Source: Planctomycetota bacterium | Lineage (GTDB): Bacteria > Planctomycetota > JAJSAM01 > JAJVHW01 | Reading direction: 5' to 3' | NCBI GenBank assembly: GCA_965248445.1 | Contig: CBDFJG010000001.1 | Coordinates: forward strand, 407,979-471,978 | Length of the DNA: 64,000 nucleotides | Program-made: the position numbers and the translations under genes | The notes under the pieces: generated by a model | Told to the model about the DNA's origin: nothing | The model's input: the letters and a program-made list of their open reading frames with translations, nothing else | The model's database searches: none | Part shown: one piece after another, positions 19,668 through 28,863 of the stretch | How the letters are laid out: each line of letters starts with the position of its first letter | Position numbering within the stretch: the first letter of the stretch is position 1

Positions 19668-20036
19668 TCACTCCTCCGCCGCGTCCAGGGCGAAGATCTC
19701 GTCTTCCTCGGCGGTGCCGTAGGCCTCGCGGATGCGCACCACCAGCGCAAGCGCCACTGCGCTCGTGGCAACCCCGACCACGATGGCGGTCAGCATCAGC
19801 ACGTGCGGCAGCGGATTGCTGTAGAGCTGATCGGGCGGGGCGCCCTCGATGATGATCGGCGCGGTGCCGCCCCGCACCTTCCCCATCGCCACGTAGAACA
19901 TGATCACGGCGACCTGGAAAATGGTCAGCCCCATCAGCTTCTTGACGAGGTTGTCGCGCTCGATGACGACGTACAAGCCGATCATCATGAGCGTGATGCA
20001 CGCCCAGTAGTGCCACAGTCCCGGGAAGTTGCTCAC
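19668..20036 (-). CDS. mrpC: Mrp antiporter subunit C (NuoK-like)
   Basis: GTG start with a GTGA overlap onto the mrpB stop. About 122 aa; three TM helices; sequence resembles MnhC/NuoK (MGLTIFQVAVIMFYVAMG). Confidence 0.65.
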   Translation of the reverse strand: MSNFPGLWHYWACITLMMIGLYVVIERDNLVKKLMGLTIFQVAVIMFYVAMGKVRGGTAPIIIEGAPPDQLYSNPLPHVLMLTAIVVGVATSAVALALVVRIREAYGTAEEDEIFALDAAEE

Positions 20037-20503
20037 CGGTACGCGCGCCCCGCGAACAGGTAGAAGATCAGCGACATCCCGGACGTGACCGTGAACAGCA
20101 CGCCGGCCTCGACGATCATGATCCCGAGGTGCTGGCCGTGCACCCGCGCCTCCTCGAAGTGCGCGGGGTCGTTCGACGACAGCAGCGCTCCGTAATCGAG
20201 GAAGTTGCCGCCCGCCATCAAGGTCGCAACCGCGGTGCCGGCCCACAGCAGGACGCCGAGCGCCACGCCGGCTTCGAGTGCGCGCGGCGGGACGACCCGC
20301 TTGGCGGCGTCGAGCCCAAAGATCAGCGCATAGAGGATGATTCCCGCCGCGAAGATCACGCCTGCCTGGAAGCCGCCGCCGGGGCCGAAGTCGCCGTGGA
20401 ACTGCACGTACAACGCGAACAGGAAGAAGAAGGGGACGACCGCCTTGCCGACCACCCGGAGGATGATCTTGTCGCGCATGCGCATGTGTGTCCGCGTGCT
20501 CAT
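20033..20503 (-). CDS. mrpB: Mrp antiporter subunit B
   Basis: 156 aa. MnhB-like (FFFLFALYVQFHGDFGPGGGFQAGVIFAAG). Confidence 0.7.
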   Translation of the reverse strand: MSTRTHMRMRDKIILRVVGKAVVPFFFLFALYVQFHGDFGPGGGFQAGVIFAAGIILYALIFGLDAAKRVVPPRALEAGVALGVLLWAGTAVATLMAGGNFLDYGALLSSNDPAHFEEARVHGQHLGIMIVEAGVLFTVTSGMSLIFYLFAGRAYR

Positions 20504-21075
20504 GCCTCACCCGCGCCGTCGACCGGTCCAGCCTGATCTGCGCGGACGTCCGGGCTCACCGGGCGGCGCCCGGCCAGGAGGACGAACACGCCGACTGCCG
20601 CGGTGAACACGACCGTCGTCTCGCCGAAGGTGTCCCATCCGCGGTAGCTCGCGAGCACCGTCGTGACCACGTTGGGGATGCCGAGCGCGCGCGACCCGGC
20701 GATGAAGTCGGGAGCCACGTGGTGGTGGATCACCGACGCGGCGTCGCCGTAGCTCGGCATGTCGAGCGTTCCGAACACGAGAACAGCCCCCGTCACGACG
20801 ACGACGAGCGCGGGGAGCAGGCGCATCGGCCGTTGATTCTCACGACTTCCTGTGAGCGACAGCGCGCCGAGCATCAGGACCGTCGAGAGCCCGGCGCCCA
20901 CCGCGGCCTCCGTGAACGCCACGTCCACCGCGTCCATGAGCACGAACAGCCCGGCTGAGAGCAGGCTGAAGATGCCGGTCATCATCGCTGCGGCGAACAG
21001 GTCGCGCAGTCGCGCCACCACGACCGCCGTGACGATCAGCAACAGGAAGAGGAAGGCCTCGATGGGTACGTCCAT
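20500..21075 (-). CDS. DUF4040/MnhB-domain membrane protein (MrpA C-terminal-domain / MbhD-E-like)
   Basis: 191 aa polytopic protein. ATGA overlap with mrpB. Occupies the position of the split MrpA C-terminal region seen in Mbh-type clusters. Confidence 0.55.
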   Translation of the reverse strand: MDVPIEAFLFLLLIVTAVVVARLRDLFAAAMMTGIFSLLSAGLFVLMDAVDVAFTEAAVGAGLSTVLMLGALSLTGSRENQRPMRLLPALVVVVTGAVLVFGTLDMPSYGDAASVIHHHVAPDFIAGSRALGIPNVVTTVLASYRGWDTFGETTVVFTAAVGVFVLLAGRRPVSPDVRADQAGPVDGAGEA

Positions 21076-21079
21076 CGCG

Positions 21080-21403
21080 CTACTCCTCGGCGTCCCGGTT
21101 CACGCGCACGCCGTGGGCGTACGCCGCCTTGACCAGCGCGTGTGCCGCGGTCGGGCTGCTGATCAGGATGAACACCAACACGATCACGAGCTTGACCGTG
21201 ACGAGGCTGGCGCCGGAATGGAGGGCCAGGCCGACGAGGATGAGCCCCGCGCCGAGCGTGTCGATGATGGTCGCTGGGTGTGTGCGTGTGTAGAAGTCGG
21301 GCATGCGCAGAAGGCCGAGCGCACCGATCACACAGAAGACACTGCCGAGCACGAGCAGCGCGCCGCTCGCGATGACGAGGGGGTCGAGCATGCCGAGCAT
21401 CAC
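21080..21403 (-). CDS. mrpG: Mrp antiporter subunit G
   Basis: 107 aa with three TM helices. MnhG-like. Confidence 0.6.
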   Translation of the reverse strand: MMLGMLDPLVIASGALLVLGSVFCVIGALGLLRMPDFYTRTHPATIIDTLGAGLILVGLALHSGASLVTVKLVIVLVFILISSPTAAHALVKAAYAHGVRVNRDAEE

Positions 21404-21699
21404 TCGGCCGACCTCCGCTGCTCGTCCTTGACCCGCCGGTCATCGGCCAGTTCGCCGAAGCGCGCATATTTCGCGACGGCGATCGTCCCGGTGAAGTTGA
21501 CGATCGCGTACAGGATGGCGAGATCGAGCCACTCGGGCCGGCCGGTCAGGAACCCGGCAACAGCGATCAGGAGAATCGTCGCCGTGCCGAACGAGTTGGC
21601 GGCAAGCACGCGGTCGTAGACCGTGGGTCCCTTGATGGCGCGAACCAGCACGAGGGACATCGTGACCAGGACGCCGAACATCGCGACAGTGAACATCAC
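21400..21699 (-). CDS. mrpF: Mrp antiporter subunit F
   Basis: 99 aa. MnhF-like. ATGA overlap with mrpG. Confidence 0.6.
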   Translation of the reverse strand: MMFTVAMFGVLVTMSLVLVRAIKGPTVYDRVLAANSFGTATILLIAVAGFLTGRPEWLDLAILYAIVNFTGTIAVAKYARFGELADDRRVKDEQRRSAE

Positions 21700-22172
21700 T
21701 CACCGCCCTCGAGCGCCGCGCACTTGCGGTTCATGTCACCGCTGCGCAGACCGTCCGCCGCCTCGTCCGTGAGCGCGTGCACCAGGAACGTGCCGTCGCG
21801 GCAATCGAGTGTGATCGTGCCGGGGGTCAGCGTGATCGAGTTGCCGTAGACCACCTGACCGACCTCGGTCTTCTGGTCGGACGGCACGCGAAGCAGGTGC
21901 TCCTGGATCGGCAGGCCGGGCGTCAGCACGACCTTCGCGACCTGCAGGTTCGCCTTGACGATCTCCCACGCCAGCCACGGCACGTAGAAGAGTGGCCGGA
22001 CGCCGAGCGTGTAGTTCTCCGCGGCGCCGTCAACACTGTCCATGCGGCGCATGAGTAGGACCACGATCAGCGAGGACACCGCGCCGAACGTCATCAGCAT
22101 CGGCGTGTAGATCCCCGAGAGCAGGAGCCACGTCCCGAAGAGCGCCACGAACGCGGTGATCGAGCGAATCAC
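21696..22172 (-). CDS. mrpE: Mrp antiporter subunit E
   Basis: GTG start inferred at 22172. MnhE-like (FVALFGTWLLLSG...). First gene of the cluster; the stop overlaps the mrpF start. Confidence 0.55.
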   Translation of the reverse strand: MIRSITAFVALFGTWLLLSGIYTPMLMTFGAVSSLIVVLLMRRMDSVDGAAENYTLGVRPLFYVPWLAWEIVKANLQVAKVVLTPGLPIQEHLLRVPSDQKTEVGQVVYGNSITLTPGTITLDCRDGTFLVHALTDEAADGLRSGDMNRKCAALEGGE

Positions 22173-22427
22173 CGGGCTGCTCCGGCCTCCGGCCGGCCCG
22201 TAGCGGGGACACAACGCCAGATCGCAGCGGTCATCCCACCTCCGAGCGGATCCACCCCGGGTGCCCGGGGATCCGCGTGCCTTCCTTCGTCCACCTCGCC
22301 GCGCCTGCCCTGCGCTGCGGAGTCTCCTTCCCGGAGCGCGCCAAATGTGGCCTCTGCCCCGCCGCGGGTCAACGAACGCAGGGGCGCGGACGAGGCAGAC
22401 GTGGCCGCCGCAGGGCGGGGGGTGAGA

Positions 22428-23138
22428 ATGAGCCGCGTGAGCGAACGTCCGAGCGCAGTGGCCCTCCTCTCCGGCGGCCTGGATTCCGCCGTGGCGGCGG
22501 CCTCGGCCCAGGCGGAGGGGCTTCTGGTTCACGGGCTCACGGTCGACTACGGACAGCGCTGCCGCGCCGAGATCGGCGCCGCCGCCAAGCTCGCGGATCG
22601 CATGGGTCTCGTGACGCACCGCGTGGTCGGCGTCGACCTTCGCGCTGTGGGCGGAAGCTCGCTCACCGGCTCAACCGCGGTTCCACGGGACCGCAGTGAC
22701 GCTGAGATGGGCCAGGGCGTCCCCAACACGTACGTCCCCGCACGCAACACGGTCCTCCTCGCGGTGGCGCTCGGTCTCGCCGAGGTCGTCGGCGCCCGGA
22801 CGCTGGTCATCGGCGCGAACGCGCTCGACTACTCGGGATACCCCGACTGCCGCGGACCGTTCCTCCGCGCCTTCGAGGAGCTCGCATCGCTCGCGACGGC
22901 GGCAGGCACGGAGGAGGGTGCGCGATTCCGCGTCTCGGCACCGCTGCTCGAGATGTCCAAGGCCGAGATCGTGCTGCGGGGCGTCGAGCTGGACGTGCCG
23001 CTCGTGCTGACGGTGTCCTGCTACGTGCAGGAGGGCCTCACCGCATGCGGCAAGTGCGACGCCTGCGCCCTGAGAACGAAGGGGTTCCGCGAAGCGGGAG
23101 TCGTCAACCCCACTGTCCAGGACGGGGGCCGGCTGTGA
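22428..23138 (+). CDS. queC: 7-cyano-7-deazaguanine synthase
   Basis: SGGLDS PP-loop motif and a C-terminal Zn-binding Cys cluster (CGKCDAC). Confidence 0.85.
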   Translation: MSRVSERPSAVALLSGGLDSAVAAASAQAEGLLVHGLTVDYGQRCRAEIGAAAKLADRMGLVTHRVVGVDLRAVGGSSLTGSTAVPRDRSDAEMGQGVPNTYVPARNTVLLAVALGLAEVVGARTLVIGANALDYSGYPDCRGPFLRAFEELASLATAAGTEEGARFRVSAPLLEMSKAEIVLRGVELDVPLVLTVSCYVQEGLTACGKCDACALRTKGFREAGVVNPTVQDGGRL

Positions 23139-23839
23139 ACCGGACGGAGTCCGCCGCCGAGGTCGCCGCGACGCTCCCGGAGCCGCGCAGTGACTCTCTG
23201 CTGCTCACGGAGACGTACACGAGCATTCAGGGCGAATCGACGTTCGCCGGCCTGCCGTTCGTGCTCGTGCGCACCGCGCGCTGCAATCTGCGTTGCGTCT
23301 GGTGCGACTCCGAGTTCACGTTTCGGGGCGGCGAGCGGAGGCCGGTCGCCGACGTGCTCGCAGAGATCCGAGCGAGCGGTCTCACGCACGTGCTCGTCAC
23401 GGGTGGCGAGCCGCTGCTCCAGCCTGCGGTGCTGCCGTTCATGGCGACGCTCTGCGACGAGGGCTTCACGGTGCTGCTCGAGACAGGCGGCTCGCTCGAC
23501 ATCGCGAGCGTGGACCCACGTGTGCACCGGATCGTGGACGTCAAGTGTCCCGCGAGCGGTGAGAGCGCGCGGAACCGCCTAGAGAACCTCGTGCACCTCG
23601 GCGAACGGGACGAGGTGAAGTTCGTAGTGGCGGATCGCGCCGACTACGAGTGGGCGAAGGAGGTCGTCGCACGAGAGCACCTCGCGGAGCGGGCCGGCGC
23701 GGTCCTGTTCTCCCCGGTGGCGGGCGATGAGACACTGCGCCAGGCCATGGCCGGGTGGCTCGTCGAGGACCGGCTTCCCGTCCGCCTCCAGATCCAGTTG
23801 CACAAGATCGTCTGGCCGGCAGAGGAGCGTGGACGATGA
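23135..23839 (+). CDS. queE: 7-carboxy-7-deazaguanine synthase (radical SAM)
   Basis: GTG start with a GTGA overlap onto the queC stop. Radical-SAM CNLRCVWCD motif. Confidence 0.8.
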   Translation: MNRTESAAEVAATLPEPRSDSLLLTETYTSIQGESTFAGLPFVLVRTARCNLRCVWCDSEFTFRGGERRPVADVLAEIRASGLTHVLVTGGEPLLQPAVLPFMATLCDEGFTVLLETGGSLDIASVDPRVHRIVDVKCPASGESARNRLENLVHLGERDEVKFVVADRADYEWAKEVVAREHLAERAGAVLFSPVAGDETLRQAMAGWLVEDRLPVRLQIQLHKIVWPAEERGR

Positions 23840-24228
23840 GCGACGGCGGTCCGAGAGTCTTGCTGATCGAAGACGAAGCCGAGCTCCGCGCGATGATCGC
23901 CGCGATGCTCGCCGCCGACGGTTACCGCGTTGCCGACTTCGGCGACGCCGAGGCGGCGATGGCGCACGCGGACTCGCTCGCGAAGGCGCCGCGACTGGTC
24001 GTCACGGACGCGGGCCTCCCCGGCATGAGCGGACAGGACCTGATTCGAACCCTCGACGGGAAGTTCCCGGGGCTCGCTGCACGCTCGCTGCTGATCACCG
24101 GCGACGACATCGGCCCGGAACTCGAGCGCTTCTCCACCGAGGTTGGCTGCGGACTGCTGGGCAAACCGTTCCGCATGGACACCTTCCTGCGTCGCTGCCG
24201 CGAGATCCTGCGCGACGAACTCCGATAG
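23836..24228 (+). CDS. stand-alone response-regulator receiver (CheY-like) protein
   Basis: ATGA overlap with the queE stop. Receiver-domain residues (LLIEDE ... VVTDAGLPGMSG ... K). Confidence 0.7.
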   Translation: MSDGGPRVLLIEDEAELRAMIAAMLAADGYRVADFGDAEAAMAHADSLAKAPRLVVTDAGLPGMSGQDLIRTLDGKFPGLAARSLLITGDDIGPELERFSTEVGCGLLGKPFRMDTFLRRCREILRDELR

Positions 24229-24255
24229 CCTGGACCGCGACAACGGGAGGTTCGG

Positions 24256-24732
24256 ATGACTGCAGCGAAGTCGGGCGCGCTCGGAGCTGCGTTGATCGGC
24301 GCGATCGCCGGGGCGCTGGCGGGATCGTTTGTCACGATGGCACTGCGACCGTCGACTGGCAGCACAGAGACCTCCCCCGCCACCGTCGACCTCGACGAGC
24401 GGGTGCTCGCCAGGGCGATCGCATCGGCCAACGAGCCGCTGCGCGAAGAGCTGCGACAGCTCCGCGCGTCGCTCGCGAGAGCGCGGGCCGTCCCGGGAGC
24501 GGAGGTCGCGGGAACGACCGCCGACGGCGAATCGAGGGCTGCCGCGCCTGAGCGTCCCGGCCGAGTGACCGCTCGCGCCGAGGCGGCGCTGTGGCGCGGG
24601 ACCAGGGCGTCCGGCGACGACGTGCGTGGCGGTGTCGAGTTGACGCCGAAGCCCGACCGCGCGCGGTTGCGCCGGGTGCGTGACTTCGATGACAACTCGC
24701 TGACCCGTCGTCGCTACCTGTTCAGTTCATGA
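24256..24732 (+). CDS. hypothetical membrane-anchored protein
   Basis: GGGAGG RBS. N-terminal glycine-rich TM helix. Confidence 0.4.
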   Translation: MTAAKSGALGAALIGAIAGALAGSFVTMALRPSTGSTETSPATVDLDERVLARAIASANEPLREELRQLRASLARARAVPGAEVAGTTADGESRAAAPERPGRVTARAEAALWRGTRASGDDVRGGVELTPKPDRARLRRVRDFDDNSLTRRRYLFSS

Positions 24733-24932
24733 CCGAACGCGACGCGCTCGCGTGGTTCGGGTCGCCGGGCACGATCTACGCCGGGGAGGGCGGCGAGGAG
24801 TACTGGAACTACGAAGTCGTCGTCGGGACCGACGACGACGGCGATGAGGTCACACAGGACTTCTCGCTGAAGTTCCAGCGGGGGCGGCTGGTCTATGCGT
24901 CAGGCGACGACGATCCCGAAGACGACGAGTAG
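24729..24932 (+). CDS. small acidic hypothetical protein
   Basis: 67 aa. ATGA overlap with the upstream gene. Confidence 0.3.
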   Translation: MTERDALAWFGSPGTIYAGEGGEEYWNYEVVVGTDDDGDEVTQDFSLKFQRGRLVYASGDDDPEDDE

Positions 24933-24935
24933 CCG

Positions 24936-25445
24936 TCAGCGTTTGCGGAGGTAGCGCACGATCTGTACGCGCTCCAGGCTCTCGCGTGACTCCTCGCGCC
25001 AGTCGGCCCGGTCCCACTCAGGGAAGTACACGTCGCCGCCGCCGACCTCGGGGATCTCGGTGAGGAGCAGTTCGTCCGCGTGCGGGAGTGCGAGTCCGTA
25101 CACAACTCCCCCACCGGCGACGAACAGGTTGTCGTGCCCGAGCGCGGCCGTCATGCTGACGGCCCCGTCGAGCGTCGCGGCGCCGCCGACCCCCATCCAG
25201 CGAGCTTCGGCCTCGCGCGGCTTGCGCGTCAGCACGAGCGTCGTGCGTCCGGGGAGTGGCCGGCGCACGGACTCCATCGTGCGCGTGCCCATCAGCACGA
25301 CTGCGCCGGTGGTCAAGCGCTTGAAGTGCTTGAGGTCCTCCGTGTAGTGCCACGGGAGACCGCCGTCCCGTCCGATCGTTCGGTCGCGCGCGATGCCGGC
25401 GACGAGAACGACGCGAACCGCGTCGCGCGCGCTCACACCGCCCAT
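24936..25445 (-). CDS. folA: dihydrofolate reductase
   Basis: DHFR motifs (IGRDGGLPWH, LMGTRT). Confidence 0.8.
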   Translation of the reverse strand: MGGVSARDAVRVVLVAGIARDRTIGRDGGLPWHYTEDLKHFKRLTTGAVVLMGTRTMESVRRPLPGRTTLVLTRKPREAEARWMGVGGAATLDGAVSMTAALGHDNLFVAGGGVVYGLALPHADELLLTEIPEVGGGDVYFPEWDRADWREESRESLERVQIVRYLRKR

Positions 25446-25446
25446 C

Positions 25447-26286
25447 TCAAACTGCTACGGCAAAGTCGAGCTTCTGGCAGGGCTCGTAGCCCTCGACCCT
25501 GAAGTCCTCGAACGTCAGTTCGTCGAGGGGCTTCTTGGCGATGTGCAGTTGTGGCAGCGCGCGGGGCTCCCGTTCGAGCTGCTCGAGCAGACCCGGCACG
25601 TGGTCGTACTCAGCCATCGAGCCGTCGCGCTTCTTCGTGTAGATGTGCGCGTCCACGATGAAGTGGCTGAACACGCCGGGCTCCAGGCCGACGTCCTGCG
25701 CGACCGCCATCGTGAGCGCGGAGTACGCCGCCAAGTTGAACGGGATGCCGAGGGCGATGTCTCCGGAGCGCTGGTTCAGGTGGCAGTTCAGGCGGCCGTC
25801 GAGCACGTTGAACGTGAACGTGTAGTGGCACGGCGGGAGCTTGCTCGTCGTCGCGTTCCCCGGTTCCCACGCCGTGACGACCATGCGCCGGCTGTCGGGC
25901 TGATTGCGAAGCTGGTCGAGAACGTACTGGATCTGATCGACCTCACGGACGTGCCACTTGCCGTCGCCGTTCTTCTGCGCGGACGGGAAGCGCCGCCAGT
26001 AGTAGCCGTATGCGGTGTCGAGGTTCCCGTCCTCGTCGGCCCACGCGTCCCAGATCTTGGTCTTGCCGCGAAGGTTGCGGATGTGGTCGTCGCCGCTGAG
26101 GTACCAAAGGAGTTCGTGCAGCATGGACTTCCAGTACATGCGCTTGGTGGTCAGGAGCGGGAAGCCCTCGGCCAGGTCCACCTTGTAGTGGCAGCCGAAG
26201 CAGGCGATCGTGTCGACCCCCGTTCGGCTCGTCTTGCGACGGCCGTGCTCGAGGACATGACGGACCAGATCGAGATACTGCTTCAT
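25447..26286 (-). CDS. thyA: thymidylate synthase
   Basis: Close match to ThyA (MKQYLDLVRHVLE..., catalytic-Cys region PPCH, ...LPPCHYTFTF). Confidence 0.9.
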   Translation of the reverse strand: MKQYLDLVRHVLEHGRRKTSRTGVDTIACFGCHYKVDLAEGFPLLTTKRMYWKSMLHELLWYLSGDDHIRNLRGKTKIWDAWADEDGNLDTAYGYYWRRFPSAQKNGDGKWHVREVDQIQYVLDQLRNQPDSRRMVVTAWEPGNATTSKLPPCHYTFTFNVLDGRLNCHLNQRSGDIALGIPFNLAAYSALTMAVAQDVGLEPGVFSHFIVDAHIYTKKRDGSMAEYDHVPGLLEQLEREPRALPQLHIAKKPLDELTFEDFRVEGYEPCQKLDFAVAV

Positions 26287-26361
26287 GGTGCCGCTCCTTC
26301 CCGTGGGTCTGACGCTTCCCGTGGGGCGACGAGGCTACCCAGCATCGAGGACACTCGCCCC

Positions 26362-26973
26362 GTGGACGACGAACTCCCCACGCTGCCAGCGATCCTGCTC
26401 GCCGCGGGATCCGGGACCCGCCTCGGAAGACCCAAGGCGCTCCTCGACGTGCGCGGCCGCAGCGCTGTGGCGCACGTCTCGGAGGTCCTCCGCATGGGTG
26501 GCGCCGGCCCGGTGATCGCCGTGACCGGTGCTGCGGCGGCCCACGTCGAGCCGGAGGCGCAGCGCGGCGGCGCCCGGGCCGTGCATTGCGCTGGCTGGGA
26601 GGGTGGCCGCACGGCCTCACTCCAGGCCGGGCTCGCCGCCGTGCCCGACGGCGCGCCGGCCGTGCTCGTTGCGCTGGTGGACATGCCCCTCGTGACCACC
26701 GGAACCGTTGGGGCGCTGATCTCCGCGTGGACCTGCGCGCCGGACGGCACCGAGGTCATCGTCCCCTCCCACGAGGGACGGAGGGGCCATCCGATCGTGC
26801 TCGCGCGTTCGCTCTTCCCGGCGCTCGCGGCTCTCGGACCCGACACTCCTCTCCGCGATGCGCTGCGCACGGCCCGCCGCCTGGTCGTCGACGTCGACGA
26901 TCCCGGCGTCCTGGTGGATCTCGATACGCCGGAGGATCTGGCGCGTCATGGTCTCGATCCTTCCAATCGCTGA
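26362..26973 (+). CDS. MobA/MocA-like nucleotidyltransferase family protein
   Basis: GTG start inferred. NTP-transferase motif LLAAGSGTRLG. Confidence 0.55.
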   Translation: MDDELPTLPAILLAAGSGTRLGRPKALLDVRGRSAVAHVSEVLRMGGAGPVIAVTGAAAAHVEPEAQRGGARAVHCAGWEGGRTASLQAGLAAVPDGAPAVLVALVDMPLVTTGTVGALISAWTCAPDGTEVIVPSHEGRRGHPIVLARSLFPALAALGPDTPLRDALRTARRLVVDVDDPGVLVDLDTPEDLARHGLDPSNR

Positions 26974-27056
26974 TCTGTGGTTGGTGTTGCTGTAGCGGCG
27001 GGGCGCTGCCCCGCGATCCGGCGAACCCCAACTCGTGCTCGGTTACCCTCACGGCC

Positions 27057-28001
27057 GTGAAGATCTACCTCGCCTCCCCCCGCGGCTTCTGCGCCGGAGT
27101 CGATTACGCGATCGAGATCGTCGAGCGCGCCCTTGAGCGCTTCGGCGACCGCGTCTACGTGCGGCACGAGATCGTGCACAACGAGCACGTCGTCGACCGG
27201 CTCCGCGAGAAGGGGGCGATCTTCGTCGATGAACCGGGCGAGATCCCCGAGGGCGAGACGGTCATCTACTCGGCCCACGGCGTGTCACCGCAGGTGCGCG
27301 CGGAGAGCCGGCAGAAGGGGCTCCGGGAGATCGACGCCACCTGCCCGCTCGTGCGCAAGGTCCACGACGAAGCAGTGCGCCTCGCGGCCGAGGGGTACGA
27401 CATCCTGCTGATCGGCCACGCCGGTCACGTGGAGGTCGAGGGGACGATGGGTGAGGCTCCCGAGCGCATCCGCGTCATCGAGACGCTCGAGGACGCCGAG
27501 GTCATCGAGGTCGCGGATCCGTCGCGGGTCGCCTACCTGACGCAGACCACTCTGTCGGTGGACGACACGGCAAGGATCGTCGACCAGCTACGCGAGCGGT
27601 TCCCCGACATCGTCGGTCCGAAGAAGGACGACATCTGCTACGCCACGCAGAACCGGCAGAACGCGGTCAAGGAACTGTGCAAGCACGTCGATATCGTGCT
27701 GGTCGTCGGAGACCCGCACTCGAGCAACAGCAACCGCCTGGTGGACGTGGCGCGCGGACAGGGCAAGTTCGCGCATCTGCTGCGCGACGCCGACCAACTG
27801 GAGGCGCTGATCGAGGAGGCGCGCGGCTGCCTGGGCCGCCCCATCGCCGCCGTCGGCCTGACCGCCGGCGCGAGCGCCCCGGCGGACCTGATCGACAACG
27901 TCTTGGAGACGCTCGTTCAACTCGGCGGCGAGCTCGCGGACGAGATCGTCACCGCGCGGGAGCGAATCCACTTCGCGCTGCCGCCCGCGCTGCGCGACTG
28001 A
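27057..28001 (+). CDS. ispH: 4-hydroxy-3-methylbut-2-enyl diphosphate reductase
   Basis: GTG start. Characteristic IspH N-terminus (KIYLASPRGFCAGVDYAIEIVE) and the conserved Cys ligands. Confidence 0.85.
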   Translation: MKIYLASPRGFCAGVDYAIEIVERALERFGDRVYVRHEIVHNEHVVDRLREKGAIFVDEPGEIPEGETVIYSAHGVSPQVRAESRQKGLREIDATCPLVRKVHDEAVRLAAEGYDILLIGHAGHVEVEGTMGEAPERIRVIETLEDAEVIEVADPSRVAYLTQTTLSVDDTARIVDQLRERFPDIVGPKKDDICYATQNRQNAVKELCKHVDIVLVVGDPHSSNSNRLVDVARGQGKFAHLLRDADQLEALIEEARGCLGRPIAAVGLTAGASAPADLIDNVLETLVQLGGELADEIVTARERIHFALPPALRD

Positions 28002-28017
28002 TGGGTCCGGGGGCCTG

Positions 28018-28863
28018 ATGGACACAGGACTGGCGGAGCGCAGCGTCCTGGTCACCGGCGCCTCGGGCGGCATCGGCCGCGCCGTCGCCGAAGAGCTGGC
28101 GGCCGAAGGAGCGCACGTCGCCCTGCACGGCAACGCGGCGTTCGACGAGATGACGGCCTGGCTCGCGCAGCAGCCGTGGAAGGAGCGCGCGCTCGCGGTG
28201 CGCGGGGACGTGCGTGATCCGGACGCCATGCAAGCGTGTTGCGACGAGGCCGTGCACCGTTTCGGCCGTCTCGATCACTGCGTGGCGAACGCCGGCCGTT
28301 GGAAGCAGGCGCCGGAGCGCCTCGACGAGATGGACCCCGCCCGCTTCGAGGACTCCGTGGCCGTGAATCTGCTCGGTGCCGCGTGGACCGCACGCGGGTT
28401 CCTGCAAGCGCTCGGGTCAACGGGGCCGCGGGAGGGTGAGGGCGCCTCACTCGTGTTCGTCGGGTCGACGGCCGGTCGCTTCGGCGAGCGGCACCACGCC
28501 GACTACGCCGCGGCCAAGGCGGGCTTGCACGGCCTCTCGCAGAGCCTCAAGAACGAGATCGTGCTGATCGATCCCTTCGGCCGCGTGAACGTGGTCGAGC
28601 CGGGCTGGACGGTCACGCACATGGCTCGCAAGGCGATCGACACGCCGGGCAGCGTCGAGCGCGCAGTCCGCACGATGGCGCTGCGGCAACTGGCCCGCGC
28701 GAAGGACATCGCGCGAACGATCGTCACGCTGCTCTCACCTCGCCTCTCCCGGCACGTGACGGGCCAGGCCATCACCGTCGCGGGCGGCATGGAAGGCCGT
28801 CTGCTCTGGGATGCCGACGCCGTCGACGAAGACGCCATCCGCGCCCGCGCCCGCAGCGACTGA
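28018..28863 (+). CDS. SDR-family oxidoreductase
   Basis: TGASGGIGRAVA Rossmann motif and a YxxxK catalytic motif. Confidence 0.75.
   Translation: MDTGLAERSVLVTGASGGIGRAVAEELAAEGAHVALHGNAAFDEMTAWLAQQPWKERALAVRGDVRDPDAMQACCDEAVHRFGRLDHCVANAGRWKQAPERLDEMDPARFEDSVAVNLLGAAWTARGFLQALGSTGPREGEGASLVFVGSTAGRFGERHHADYAAAKAGLHGLSQSLKNEIVLIDPFGRVNVVEPGWTVTHMARKAIDTPGSVERAVRTMALRQLARAKDIARTIVTLLSPRLSRHVTGQAITVAGGMEGRLLWDADAVDEDAIRARARSD

Noticed and set aside
22173-22427. Possible preQ1 riboswitch upstream of queC
   Set aside because: No small hairpin followed by an A-rich tail resembling preQ1-I or preQ1-II. The region is GC-rich and better explained as a divergent promoter region between mrpE and queC.
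23045-23134. ATG at 23045 as the queE start (94-nt overlap with queC)
   Set aside because: The N-terminal extension is Arg/Pro-rich and non-homologous. The GTG at 23135 with a GTGA overlap onto the queC stop gives a canonical QueE N-terminus.
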